IMG/VR virus record: IMGVR_UViG_3300035698_019443
Location: 40,265-104,264 of that record
Source of the DNA: a virus
Reading direction: 5' to 3' (one strand)
DNA length: 64,000 bases
In this document: positions 9,542 through 19,667 of the stretch, piece by piece
Position numbering within the stretch: the first letter of the stretch is position 1
How the letters are laid out: each line of letters starts with the position of its first letter
Position numbers and translations under genes: made by a program
Notes under the pieces: model-generated
Databases searched by the model: none
What the model saw: only the letters and a program-made list of their open reading frames with translations
Told to the model about the DNA's origin: nothing

Positions 9542-12500
9542 TACACCACCTCCACATACAGGCCAGCGAATCCAAGGTTGAGCGTGTCCCCGACTGTCCC
9601 GCCTGTAAGGGACACCGAAACTTCATACATGCGAGCTGCCGCTGCCAGCGTGCCCGCCGCAGGCCCCCCTGTCAGCGTGAGGGCGCTCGTCTCCTTGTAC
9701 ACCTGGCCAGCAACCGCCGACTCAAGCAGGAACCCTGCCCCGCTAGTGATGCGTGTGGGCGCGGCAGCGGCGGCAGTAGTGCCGATGTCGTCAATATGCA
9801 CCGACGCTGTTCCTGCTGCGGCAAAGACCGCATTCATCATGCAGCGGAACTTCACCTGCCCGCCAGTTGGCACCTTCGAGGCGTCGAACATGAATTGGCC
9901 GACAACGATCTCTGGTCCTGCCCCTGTCACGACGTAGTCATAGCGTCCAGTCTCGATGGAGGTGTAGACCCCCGTTGACGTGCCACCACCTGTGACCGTA
10001 TCAGCCCAAACATCAGGGCCAGTGGACACAAGATACATCCACCCGGATTTGCCTGTTGCTGTATTCGTCCCGTCGTCGAGGTAACACGCCCCGACAGCCT
10101 CTCCAGTGGGAGCTGCGGCTGCCGGAAGCGACACAGTGAGACTGCCGCCGACGCGGAGAATCTTGTTGTCGAACTCGCCGTAGATCAGAGGGGTAGCAGT
10201 GTCGGTGTTCGCGATGAACAACTTGTTCGAGCCGGTCGTCTCCAGCCCACCTGCGTTGTAGCCGAGAAGGACATTCAGCGTGCCGGTTGTAAGCTCGTCA
10301 CCAGCCAGTGCCCCGACCGCTGTGTTGAATCCTACCGAGGTAGTAACTTTCTCCAGGCACTGGAAACCAATCGCGACATTGCTATCACTGGCTCCCGACG
10401 CAGAAAAGGCAGTCATGCCCACAATAGTATTTCTCTGCCCGTCATTTCGATAGCTGGCCAACGCACCAATGCAGACACTATCGTCGCTATTGATGAGACC
10501 ATCTCCCGCACGCTCGCCAATACAAACATTGTCGTCGCCATAGAGCTTAGTGGCTGCTTGGTGGCCTATGGCTACGTTCCGTTGGCCGCTGGAAATAGCG
10601 TAGCCGGCTCGATAGCCTATTAGTGTATTCTCATCCCCGAAAGTTGCACCTTCGCCTGCCTGTGAACCAATGGCAGTGCATTTATCCGCACTAGTAGCAG
10701 CCACCATGGCTTGGTAGCCAATAGCAACTGTGTCATTGACCGTAAGAGCTTCGCCGGCACGGTAGCCCACAGCGACACAATTGGTAGCTCCAGTTGTCGC
10801 ATTCTTCATAGCGTCGATGCCAACAGCTACCGTGAAAGAAGCTAGCGCCGATAGAGACCCGTCGCCGATGGCGATGGTTGAATCACCTCCAGCCGCACTG
10901 CCCGTCATCCCGTACCGCCACATCGACTGCTTCCACAAATACGTGTAAGCACCCGAAATGGCTATCCAACGAGTAGTGCCCGCGTCGGCAGTAGCGAGGA
11001 CGTGGGTTGCGTCGTCCGCGTAGGTGCCGACAACGACAGCCTCGTAACGGTACATCGACTCGGTCTCGACGCAGTACATCAGGTCGTTATCGGTACCCGT
11101 TGCGAGACGAGCCGCAGCAACCGTCGTGTAAGTCGTCAGACCGCCGCCGCCACCGCCCGCTGCGGCCCAGGAGATGTCGGTCCCGTCAGAGGTCAAGACG
11201 TAGGTTGCCGTCCCCGCCGCCAGCCGCGTCGTCGCGTTCGCGGCGTTTCGGATAATGAGGTCTCCCCTAGTCGTCATCGGGTCGGCGAAGCCCGTGCCGA
11301 GCTGCACGGGAGTTCCCGCATCATCAACAAACCACAGCGTGGTGGGAGCACTGTTGTCGACATAGAGCAGGCCAGTTCCGCCAGCCGCCGAGGGGTCAAA
11401 GGGCGCTGCTGCCTGCTCGTCGAGCACCAGGCCCGTTGGGTCGATCAAGCCAGTGACGGTGAGCTTGCCCTCGATGCGAGCGTCTCCTACGACACGCAGC
11501 GTCTCGGCCCCGGCAACCGCTGCCGCGCCCACGACGAACTTGTCCCCTGTCGCGACGTAGACCACGCCGGTCGTCCCGTCAGAGGTCGAGGCGAGGCGTA
11601 GGGTGTCGGATGCGTCCGTCCCACCGTAGAGCACCTGGCCCCCGCTACGGCCCACGAGCCATGCGGCCCCAGGGTGATCGTCGTCGAGCAGCCCAGCGAG
11701 GCTACCGTGGTCGCTCGCGACCCCTGCACTTGCCCGTGTGACAGACCGGAAGTCGACGTAGTTTGCACCCTCATCAGTAGTGACCACGCGAGCCTGCACC
11801 ACGTTGCCGTAGCCGTCCGAGGTCTGATAGATCACCGAGCCGAGGGGTGTGATCTCGGCGAAGGGCAGCCCCGCAGTGACCAGCGAGTTGATCTCAGTGG
11901 TCGCACCTTCTCTGGCTTTCCGCTTATTGCTGTATTCGACCTGTCCCTGGATGGCGATGATGGGCTCGTCGAGGTCGTTCGTGGCGAAAATGTGAACGAG
12001 AACGAAATCGTTATTCGTGACCTGGGTCTGCTGCCATGCCCCGCCAGTCAGCTCATTCCATGCGAGTCGGTCGGACGCGCCGAAACGCTTGCAGGCGTAG
12101 ACTGAGGCGGTGTCCTTGTTCCAGTCGGACGCGCCCGACAGATAGTAGATCGGGGCCGTGAGCTGGGGTGTGAGATCCTGGGGCGATCCATCGGTGAAGC
12201 GTAGGTAGATGTCCTCGTCCGCGATCGCGACCGTGCCGCAGTCGAACTGCGCCGAGGCGTTGACGCCGCCGTCGCCATCGGCTGAGAAGCTGCCGAGCGC
12301 ACCACCTGAAACCCACTGAGTGCCGAATGCCGCATGGAGGTATTCATGCGTGATCCCGTCCATGATCGTGCCATGGCGTTCTTCCGCGAAGTAGATCTGG
12401 ACGGCGGCTGAGACGTCCCAGTAGACGATGGCACAGATCGCGTTGTCCCGCAGAATAGTAGTGGACCACGTCTGCGTGGCCTGGAGTACCTCGGAGCTGT

Positions 12501-13164
12501 CGAGGTAGAAATACCAGAGCCCCTCGGTGTTAGTGATCGCCTTGGTCTTGGCGGCGACGGAGTATTTTACCCCTGAGATCCAGTAATCGAAGGTCGCGCC
12601 GGTCGGAGCAACTGTGAGCGTCAACGTCCCGTCGTCGAAAGCGAGCGTCGATGTTGTGCGGCTGTCAAAACCCGTGGGTTCCGCCAGGGCTGCGAAGGAG
12701 GCGCTCGGCGCGGCCAGCCACGCGAGGTCAGACCCGTCCGAACCCAATACCTCGCCAGACGCACCCAGGCCGAACCGGGCTGTAGCGTTCGCGGCATCGC
12801 GAATAATGAGGTCGCCTCGTGTAGTCATCGGGTCGGCAAACCCCGACGACTCTGCGGCCCAGACGATGTCAGACCCGTCTGAGGCGAGTACCTGCCCGAT
12901 AGTACCGATGCCGAGACGAGCGAGGACGTTCGCAGCATCGCGGACGATAATGTCCCCACGGGTCGTCATCGGGTCGATAAGCGCCGCCACCCAAGCGATG
13001 TCTGTACCGTCCGAACCCAGTACCTCGTCGGCGGCTCCGATCCCGAGGCGAGCTGTCACATTCGACGCATCTCGGATAATGACGTCGCCGCGAGTGGTCA
13101 TGGGGTCAGAGAAGCCGCCGCCGCCACCCTTGGGAGAAGTAGAGCCGAAAAGACTACCAGACAT
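9541..13164 (-). CDS. Long fibre/spike protein (~1207 aa) with shaft repeats and adhesin-like beta-roll
   Basis: Four DPMTTRGD.I.R.A.N...R...G...VL.SDG.D..W repeats; many N.AIG..A-type repeats; ATG 13164 follows the upstream stop. Confidence 0.8.
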   Translation of the reverse strand: MSGSLFGSTSPKGGGGGFSDPMTTRGDVIIRDASNVTARLGIGAADEVLGSDGTDIAWVAALIDPMTTRGDIIVRDAANVLARLGIGTIGQVLASDGSDIVWAAESSGFADPMTTRGDLIIRDAANATARFGLGASGEVLGSDGSDLAWLAAPSASFAALAEPTGFDSRTTSTLAFDDGTLTLTVAPTGATFDYWISGVKYSVAAKTKAITNTEGLWYFYLDSSEVLQATQTWSTTILRDNAICAIVYWDVSAAVQIYFAEERHGTIMDGITHEYLHAAFGTQWVSGGALGSFSADGDGGVNASAQFDCGTVAIADEDIYLRFTDGSPQDLTPQLTAPIYYLSGASDWNKDTASVYACKRFGASDRLAWNELTGGAWQQTQVTNNDFVLVHIFATNDLDEPIIAIQGQVEYSNKRKAREGATTEINSLVTAGLPFAEITPLGSVIYQTSDGYGNVVQARVVTTDEGANYVDFRSVTRASAGVASDHGSLAGLLDDDHPGAAWLVGRSGGQVLYGGTDASDTLRLASTSDGTTGVVYVATGDKFVVGAAAVAGAETLRVVGDARIEGKLTVTGLIDPTGLVLDEQAAAPFDPSAAGGTGLLYVDNSAPTTLWFVDDAGTPVQLGTGFADPMTTRGDLIIRNAANATTRLAAGTATYVLTSDGTDISWAAAGGGGGGLTTYTTVAAARLATGTDNDLMYCVETESMYRYEAVVVGTYADDATHVLATADAGTTRWIAISGAYTYLWKQSMWRYGMTGSAAGGDSTIAIGDGSLSALASFTVAVGIDAMKNATTGATNCVAVGYRAGEALTVNDTVAIGYQAMVAATSADKCTAIGSQAGEGATFGDENTLIGYRAGYAISSGQRNVAIGHQAATKLYGDDNVCIGERAGDGLINSDDSVCIGALASYRNDGQRNTIVGMTAFSASGASDSNVAIGFQCLEKVTTSVGFNTAVGALAGDELTTGTLNVLLGYNAGGLETTGSNKLFIANTDTATPLIYGEFDNKILRVGGSLTVSLPAAAAPTGEAVGACYLDDGTNTATGKSGWMYLVSTGPDVWADTVTGGGTSTGVYTSIETGRYDYVVTGAGPEIVVGQFMFDASKVPTGGQVKFRCMMNAVFAAAGTASVHIDDIGTTAAAAAPTRITSGAGFLLESAVAGQVYKETSALTLTGGPAAGTLAAAARMYEVSVSLTGGTVGDTLNLGFAGLYVEVV
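12715..13113 (-). repeat. Three tandem ~44-aa shaft repeats; fourth copy at ~11160-11290
   Basis: DPMTTRGD units visible in the translation. Confidence 0.85.
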
Positions 13165-13165
13165 A

Positions 13166-13651
13166 TCAGCCCTCCACGCAAGAGACAGCGACGTAGCCGT
13201 CAACAGAGTCGGTGTCTTTCCTAAACGACAGATAGACGAAGGTTTTCGGGATGTACTCGTAGGTCGATCCACCCTTGAGGTGCGTCGAGCCATTGCCGAC
13301 TAGGTTCCCTACATTGGCGCTTCCCCCCGCCGTCGCTCGGGCGTTGAACCACGCATCGACACTGGGGGTAATGTGGAAGGTTCGATCAGAGGGGTTTAGC
13401 GGTCCAAGCTCCTGGCTTGCGGCGAGTAGGGTCATACGCCATCCACGGGAGGAAGGGATAAGGTCAATCTGCCGGAATGGATTGATCGTAGTGTCGTCCC
13501 CAGCTACGCCACTGATAAGAAACGTCCCGCTAGGCGTCCCCGAGACGACCTCGATGTATCCATTGTCGTCGGTACGGATCATCCGTCCTTGTCTGTGCGT
13601 GACCTGGCGTGCAGTAGACCCTATGATCGTCGCTATCGTGCTGTCGCTCAT
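13166..13651 (-). CDS. Beta-rich virion protein, candidate spike base/vertex
   Basis: Directly upstream of the fibre; TAGAAT 6 nt before ATG. Confidence 0.55.
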   Translation of the reverse strand: MSDSTIATIIGSTARQVTHRQGRMIRTDDNGYIEVVSGTPSGTFLISGVAGDDTTINPFRQIDLIPSSRGWRMTLLAASQELGPLNPSDRTFHITPSVDAWFNARATAGGSANVGNLVGNGSTHLKGGSTYEYIPKTFVYLSFRKDTDSVDGYVAVSCVEG

Positions 13652-13682
13652 ACACCCATTCTACTGGGCGCGGCGTGACTAT

Positions 13683-14642
13683 TCAACGCAGGGCGGAGAG
13701 GAGAGGAGAGCGGGAGAGCGCGGCATCCCAGGACCAGTGGTCGCGCACGGAGGGGGCGAAGTTCTCGGCCTTCCGGTGGAGCTCCTCTTCGTTGGCTCGA
13801 TAGAAGTCCAACGCGGAGTCGAGATCGGACAGGTCGTCGGCCACACGCACGAGCCCGCCGTCGATCGTGTCCGCCCACTCGGCGTGGCCTGTCGAGGTCG
13901 TTGCGACGACTGGCGTGCCGCAGGCGAGCGCCTCGAGAGGCATCATTCCGAAGCCCTCGGCGCGCGAGGGGGCAACGAGACAGTCGATCGTCTTATACAG
14001 AAGCGCCATGACAGAGGGGCGCCGGGATGGTCCGCCCATGTCGATCGGCACGCCGTGCTTTGACGCCAACACCGCGTCCGTGCCCTTGCGGTCGGAATTG
14101 ACGGCAGACCGGAAGTGCCGGAAGTTGACAGAGCTCCGTAGCTTCGTCCAGGGATGAGCTCGTGGGGAGAAGGCGGCGCCGACGCCGTGCTGAACCACGC
14201 CGACGGCCCGGTCAAGGCCAGCGTCGAAGAAGGCGTCGCGGCAATGCGCGGAGGGCGTGAGGATGGCGTCAGCCCGCTCCATATCCGCGACCCATCGGGG
14301 GCTTACCCCATTGGCGTAGTCACAGACGTGGTAGCCCACGACGTGCTCATAGCGGGGCACAGCTCGGAGCCACTCGGGGAAGCCGAAGACGAGAGCGACG
14401 CCCCTCCGCCTGAGCTGCGAGTCCTCTCGTGACTTCGAGTACTGGAGCGCGGCGTTGCGCACTTCGATGTGTAGAGCCTGCGGAGCTCGCGGGATGCAAC
14501 TCGGCAGGTCGCAGGGCTCGCCGCGCAGATTGACGACTTGGAGATCGACCCCCTGGCGCACGAGCCACTGTGCGATCTCCCGGCACACTACCGGGTAGCT
14601 CGACCAGCCAGCGAAGTGCCCATAGAAAGTTACCTGTGACAC
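13683..14642 (-). CDS. Glycosyltransferase family 4
   Basis: RKG, PSRAEGFGMMPLEALACGTPVV. Confidence 0.9.
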   Translation of the reverse strand: MSQVTFYGHFAGWSSYPVVCREIAQWLVRQGVDLQVVNLRGEPCDLPSCIPRAPQALHIEVRNAALQYSKSREDSQLRRRGVALVFGFPEWLRAVPRYEHVVGYHVCDYANGVSPRWVADMERADAILTPSAHCRDAFFDAGLDRAVGVVQHGVGAAFSPRAHPWTKLRSSVNFRHFRSAVNSDRKGTDAVLASKHGVPIDMGGPSRRPSVMALLYKTIDCLVAPSRAEGFGMMPLEALACGTPVVATTSTGHAEWADTIDGGLVRVADDLSDLDSALDFYRANEEELHRKAENFAPSVRDHWSWDAALSRSPLLSALR

Positions 14643-15580
14643 AATGCCTCCATTGCGAGCGTGACCCGTTGGGCCTCGTGAACGAAGCCCCACGCCCCCA
14701 CGGCGTAGCTATGGAGGTCTGCCCCCATCTTCCGCAACCCGTCTCGTCCGTTCTCGTTGAGCATCCTCGAAACAACACCTTGTACGGCGTGCTTTGTGAT
14801 CGGCCCGATGACACCCTCGCCTTGGATCGCCTCGATCTCGCGCCAGACCCCGCCGGTCCTCGTCGTGATAATCGGCACGCCGCACATCCCCGCCTCGAGC
14901 ACGGGCACCGATGTAGGATGGTCCCCGTCATTCAGGCAAATGTAGGCGTCGAGCGAGCGGTACCACCCTCGCATCCCCTCGGCGTCGAGCAGCCCCTCGA
15001 CCTCCCGACGCTGGAGCACGAGCTCTGCGTCGATCTCTGCGAACGCCGCCTGTATGATGTCGACGTTCTTGACCGAGCCCCAATTGAGATCCGAGCCCGC
15101 CCAGCCGACCCGCAGAGGTCCGCCGTGGTCGCTGTCGTAGGGGCAGGGGGACCAGAACTCCTGGTCGACCCTGTCGTGCGAATAGATAACGGGCACGCCG
15201 AGCTTGACTGCGTTTGGGATCATCGACTGGGTGTTGATCACAACGGCGTCGAGCGTCTGCGGCCTGACTGAGACCCGCATGTCAACGCCCTCGTGGCGAA
15301 TCTCGAGGCGAGCGTCGCGCATCGAAGCGAGGGTCAACACCGCCCGTTTGCACAGGGGGAGGACGCCGCGGCGTACCGCATCGTAGTAGACGGGCAACGA
15401 ACCGAAGCGGACGAGGTCAAAGGACCCCATTCGTTGCGGCGTGCATTCGTTCTGTAGGATGTTCAGTACCTCCCACCCGGCGTGCGTCGTCTCGCCGTAG
15501 TTCACGAGGCCCATTCCGTCGCGGTGGAGGCACCACCAGTCGACGTCGGAGACGTAGCAGAACCTCAGTGCGCGTTCCAT
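14630..15580 (-). CDS. GT-B (GT4-like) glycosyltransferase
   Basis: RVGWAGS...K, PVLEAGMCGVPIITT. Confidence 0.8.
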   Translation of the reverse strand: MERALRFCYVSDVDWWCLHRDGMGLVNYGETTHAGWEVLNILQNECTPQRMGSFDLVRFGSLPVYYDAVRRGVLPLCKRAVLTLASMRDARLEIRHEGVDMRVSVRPQTLDAVVINTQSMIPNAVKLGVPVIYSHDRVDQEFWSPCPYDSDHGGPLRVGWAGSDLNWGSVKNVDIIQAAFAEIDAELVLQRREVEGLLDAEGMRGWYRSLDAYICLNDGDHPTSVPVLEAGMCGVPIITTRTGGVWREIEAIQGEGVIGPITKHAVQGVVSRMLNENGRDGLRKMGADLHSYAVGAWGFVHEAQRVTLAMEALCHR

Positions 15581-17250
15581 GTCACCCCCCGGTTCGCGTC
15601 GAGCTCATCGAGAATCGCTCGGTTGCGCTCTCCCTGCGCGGCTTGCTCGGCGGTGTGCTCGTGTTGGTACTGGGCGACAATGAGCGGGTGGCTATCCGAC
15701 CGCACCCCACCATGCGCATCGAGGCGTTGCAAGAAGTCAATGTCCTCTGAGCCCCAGCCCTCGAAGTGCTCCTCGTCATAGCCGCCGGCGTCAACGAGGT
15801 CGGAGACGGCGACGGCGACGCAGCCTGTGGCCGGGCGCTCATTGCCGATGAAGGGCACGAGGTACGTCCCTGGCCGAACGACGGTGGCTACGTGGTCGAG
15901 GTAGCCCGTGGGGATACAACAGTCGACGTCGAGGAAGAAGACGATATCGTAGTCGTCCTCGAGGGCGAAGCGCGCCCCGGCGTTGCGGCAGCGTGCGATC
16001 GAGAACTCCCCGCTCTCTGGCGGCGTCGTGCCAATAAAGGGCACGTCGAACTGTAGCGCGACGTCGTTGGCGGACTCGGCGAAGCCTGCGCGGGACCCCT
16101 GGTCGACGACGACCGCCGGGGCACCACCCAACGATTCGAGCGCCGCGCGCAGGTCGGTCGCGGAGCGATCGCGGAAGGGGATCACGGTGAGCACCCGAGG
16201 CTGCGGGCGGTAATCTGTCTTCTCCCGACGAAGGAGTGCTTTGATCACCGTCGAGAGCTCGCCCCCTACCGCCTCCGTCGTTCCTCGATAGGAGAGACAC
16301 TTCCGTGCCCCGTCGAAGTGGCCCGAGGCGGCAGCGACGCGAAGCGCAGAGCCCACGAGCTCGCCGTGCGTACCACTACGCCAATAGGGAACGTCGTACT
16401 CTCGCAGCCACCCGCCGATACGCTGCGGGGCGATAATCGCGAGGTCTGCCGCGGCGGCGTCGAGCAGGTAGGGGTCGAGGTCCGAGCGCCCCGTCGTCGA
16501 GATATAGACATCAGCCCGATCAAAGATCTTCTGGAGCATGCCGTGGTGGAGGTCTTCGCCCAACCCGACAAGGGTAATTGAAGGAAGCTCGCCGGCGTCG
16601 TCAACGAGCATCGTCCGAGCGAGCGAGCGCGCGTCATGGAAAGGGGCGTCAGGGCATACGAGAACGAGCTCGACGGGGCTCGTCGGGCCGAAGGTCTTCA
16701 CGTACTCATCAACGAGGTGCGAGATGGTCCCCCCGCTATGCCATCGCCCGATGGCGACGAACTTCGTCGCACCGCGCTCGTGGGGCGTCGAGTAGTAGAG
16801 CTCGGGCTGCGCCGGCGGGGCGACGTAGGCCAGACGCTCGACGCCGGCAGCCGCAAGCACCTTGTATGCGCCCGGCGAGGGGACAATCACACCCTCAAAG
16901 TCGTTCAGCCCGTCGACGTACTTCTCTGGGATCGAGTTGAGGCCCCACTCGACGAGGGCGACGTTGCGTGCTCCCGCCTCCTCGGGCACTCGGATGTACC
17001 GACAGGCGTCCGCGACGGTCCCGATGAACAGAACGCTCTTGTCGCGCTCTGCCCAGGAGTCGCAGCGGAGGTGATGGTCCAGTATCGGGTGCCACGGCTC
17101 GGGGGTCGCCCCTCGCTCGACTGCCGCATTTGTCTTCGCCCGCCAGGTCAGGCGGTAGTCAACCTCCGCCTCGTGGAGCGCCGAGAGGTAACCCCACCCC
17201 ATCCGAGTCCACCAACTGTCGCCGATCAAGTCGGCTGTCACAAAGAGCAT
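15565..17250 (-). CDS. Bifunctional glycosyltransferase: degenerate GT4 plus GT2/galactosyltransferase-like domain
   Basis: VIPFRDR, ARCRNAG, FLDVD, GGYDE..FEGWGSED in the C-terminal half. Confidence 0.82.
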   Translation of the reverse strand: MLFVTADLIGDSWWTRMGWGYLSALHEAEVDYRLTWRAKTNAAVERGATPEPWHPILDHHLRCDSWAERDKSVLFIGTVADACRYIRVPEEAGARNVALVEWGLNSIPEKYVDGLNDFEGVIVPSPGAYKVLAAAGVERLAYVAPPAQPELYYSTPHERGATKFVAIGRWHSGGTISHLVDEYVKTFGPTSPVELVLVCPDAPFHDARSLARTMLVDDAGELPSITLVGLGEDLHHGMLQKIFDRADVYISTTGRSDLDPYLLDAAAADLAIIAPQRIGGWLREYDVPYWRSGTHGELVGSALRVAAASGHFDGARKCLSYRGTTEAVGGELSTVIKALLRREKTDYRPQPRVLTVIPFRDRSATDLRAALESLGGAPAVVVDQGSRAGFAESANDVALQFDVPFIGTTPPESGEFSIARCRNAGARFALEDDYDIVFFLDVDCCIPTGYLDHVATVVRPGTYLVPFIGNERPATGCVAVAVSDLVDAGGYDEEHFEGWGSEDIDFLQRLDAHGGVRSDSHPLIVAQYQHEHTAEQAAQGERNRAILDELDANRGVTWNAH

Positions 17251-17263
17251 GCTTGCCCCCTCC

Positions 17264-17680
17264 TCATACCTTGTGTACGACGTTCTCGTCGATCCTGAAT
17301 GCCAGCCCACAGATCGTCTTCCCGATGGTCTGCGAGCAAGTGAGCGCCTCCTCGATGGTCACAACGACTGTTTGGACAACGGGTTCGCCATCGTGGGGGT
17401 GGGCAAAGGTCAGGGGCTCTCGACGGTCGACGTGGACCGTCTTCTTCCCCCCACTGATATTGAGTTTCTCGCCGCACCTCGGACAGCAGATCTCGATGTC
17501 GTAGGGTATCTGCCCCCCCGAGCGCTCGTGCAGGTCAGCGGCGAGCAGGTCGGCGTCGATCACGAGCCCGTCGATCTCCCCCCCACGGCAGAAAAGGTAG
17601 ACGGGCAGCCCATTGAATGTTGAGACCCCCCAACGTCCTCGCTGCCAGGCCTCCGCCGTCTTGCTATCTGGTTTCTTCAT
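17264..17680 (-). CDS. Zn-ribbon protein
   Basis: CPRC and C...C motifs. Confidence 0.55.
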   Translation of the reverse strand: MKKPDSKTAEAWQRGRWGVSTFNGLPVYLFCRGGEIDGLVIDADLLAADLHERSGGQIPYDIEICCPRCGEKLNISGGKKTVHVDRREPLTFAHPHDGEPVVQTVVVTIEEALTCSQTIGKTICGLAFRIDENVVHKV

Positions 17681-18083
17681 CGTGACTCAACTCCTCGAGC
17701 GCCGCCGCCCGTGCCTTGTTTAGCTCTTTCATCGCCGCTTCACCTTCAGGGTGGCGATCTGGATGGAAGTCGCGAGCGAGCTCGCGGTACGCCTGGTTGA
17801 CGCCCTCCTTCGTTGCGGTCTTGGGGTCAAGCCCTAGCAGCGTCCAGTGGTCACTCTGCTCCGCGACCTCCTCTGCTGTCTGATCCCAAGGGAGCTCCTC
17901 GTCCTCGTCGAAGAGGCCTTCGATACAGTCATCGCAGACGACTCGCTTCTTCGCGACGCTGAGCCAGGCATGGTTGGGTTGGGTGAACCTGCCACAGGCG
18001 GCACACCCGAAGGTCTGCTCGGCACCGCCGAGGACCGTCCCGAGCCCGCCGAGCAGTTGGTGGAGGAGGTCATCCATGGTCAT
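17664..18083 (-). CDS. J-domain co-chaperone with N-terminal Zn finger
   Basis: LLGL...AYRELARDFHPD...MKELNKA; CAAC/CDDC. Confidence 0.85.
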   Translation of the reverse strand: MTMDDLLHQLLGGLGTVLGGAEQTFGCAACGRFTQPNHAWLSVAKKRVVCDDCIEGLFDEDEELPWDQTAEEVAEQSDHWTLLGLDPKTATKEGVNQAYRELARDFHPDRHPEGEAAMKELNKARAAALEELSHDEETR

Positions 18084-18453
18084 CGGCCTCGAGGTCGAAG
18101 CGCGCTGTGTCCACTGCAGCCGTCGCCGCCGCCGTCTCCTCGAAGAGCGCGGTCACGATGGCGGCTAGGTGTTGCGAGGCAAGGACGCGGACGGAGCGAG
18201 CAGTGGAGAAGAGCGGCAGCGGGGCTAGGTCGAGACGCCTCGCGACGAAGCCCCAAGTGCGGTCGGCTCGACGAGCCCACCCGAAGCGCCAGCCGCCATC
18301 GTCTTGCGCCTCGAGCCACGCCTCGACGCCGGGGTTCGTCGTCCGCACCCGCTCTTCGAAGCGTTCGATCTCCGCATTGAGCTCGTCTGTCGCCTGGTGC
18401 AGGTCGACCGCCCGCTTCCCCAGGCGCTCTATCATCACATCGAGGTCATTCAT
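18070..18453 (-). CDS. Hypothetical protein
   Basis: ORF with its own TTGACC-18-TACTCT promoter. Confidence 0.65.
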   Translation of the reverse strand: MNDLDVMIERLGKRAVDLHQATDELNAEIERFEERVRTTNPGVEAWLEAQDDGGWRFGWARRADRTWGFVARRLDLAPLPLFSTARSVRVLASQHLAAIVTALFEETAAATAAVDTARFDLEADDHG

Positions 18454-18459
18454 GCACGG

Positions 18460-18489
18460 AGAGTACGACGGAAGCTATGGCAGGGTCAA
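18460..18489 (-). promoter_or_regulatory. sigma70-like leaderless promoter
   Basis: TTGACC-N18-TACTCT-N6-ATG. Confidence 0.7.
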
Positions 18490-19667
18490 CGCCTTTTGAG
18501 GAAGGAGGAGCCGAGGACGAGGGCGCCGACGATGGGCACGCCGAGCACAATGCCCCAGGAGAGCTTCGAGCCAGACGCTCGTCGAGCTGCCGCCGCCGCT
18601 TTGATGGCGGCAATGTCCTCTCGGATCTGCGCGGTGGCGACACGCGACGCAGACGCTGCTCGCGCCCGAATGAGGTCCGACTCGAGCCCCATTAGCGTAC
18701 GCTCGGACTCGAAAGTACGAAGGAAACGAGCCTCCTCAGCCGGCTGTAACTCCGACCGCTGTATCCGTTGGTCCGCAACCATCGTCCGCAGCGTAGCGAG
18801 CGCCGCCATTCGAGTGAGCCCATTGCGAGCTGCCGTTATTGCTGCCCCATCAACCGTCTCGTTCTCGAGCGCTCGCGCACGCTCTGTGCGCTCCGACGAT
18901 TCGATGCCACGCTGTATCTGGCGCCTGTTGTGTTCGGCGCGGTTCGCCCCGTAGATCTTGACGCCAATGCCCACAAGAGCCGCAGCGGCAGCGGCAATCC
19001 CCGCTACAACCGAGGCCACGACACAGTAGTCAGGACCAGCCGCAACACCTTGGCTCATAATACGGTCGAGGGTCGCGTCGCGGAGAGCTCGAGTAAGCCC
19101 ACGATGCAACGCCTCATCGGGGTTTACTCCCCGTTGGATGTCCGCCTTGATACGCTCTTGGATATCGTAGGCATCCGAAGGCGTTCGCGTCATTGCATAC
19201 TCACGAAGCTCCGTCGAAGGGAAGACCTCCTTGAGCCTAAACGCTGCCTCTCTTTTGTCCCAGCCGATGGGGACTGGTGGGCGCAGGACCTGGAGGTACT
19301 CGTCGATCTTCGCCGCAGCCTCCTGGGGGCTCGCGGAGATCTGCTTGGCGCCTTCAATGACCCGACGTGCCTCCTGCGGCGCCCACTCCATGATCATCAT
19401 GTTGAAGATCTGTCGGCGCCGAGCGAGGAGAAACGAGATCGACGCGACCCGCGTAGCGTCCTCGGGCGTCTCCCCCTCTTCGACCCACTGCTGCGCCCGC
19501 TCTCGGACGTTCTGCTCGAGGCTCGGGTGGATCTCACTGAGAATGCGAGCGTACTCCGCCCCCCGCTGCCCTGCGGGCTTCTGCTGCGCGGCCTTCATCA
19601 TATTGCCGACGAAGTCGTGGGCAGTACGAGAGCTACGCCACGCCGCCTGGAAGACCGGGCGTGCCAT
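18486..19667 (-). CDS. Virion membrane protein with two TM segments
   Basis: Internal hydrophobic helix and C-terminal WGIVLGVPIVGALVLG...KRR. Confidence 0.65.
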   Translation of the reverse strand: MARPVFQAAWRSSRTAHDFVGNMMKAAQQKPAGQRGAEYARILSEIHPSLEQNVRERAQQWVEEGETPEDATRVASISFLLARRRQIFNMMIMEWAPQEARRVIEGAKQISASPQEAAAKIDEYLQVLRPPVPIGWDKREAAFRLKEVFPSTELREYAMTRTPSDAYDIQERIKADIQRGVNPDEALHRGLTRALRDATLDRIMSQGVAAGPDYCVVASVVAGIAAAAAALVGIGVKIYGANRAEHNRRQIQRGIESSERTERARALENETVDGAAITAARNGLTRMAALATLRTMVADQRIQRSELQPAEEARFLRTFESERTLMGLESDLIRARAASASRVATAQIREDIAAIKAAAAARRASGSKLSWGIVLGVPIVGALVLGSSFLKRR

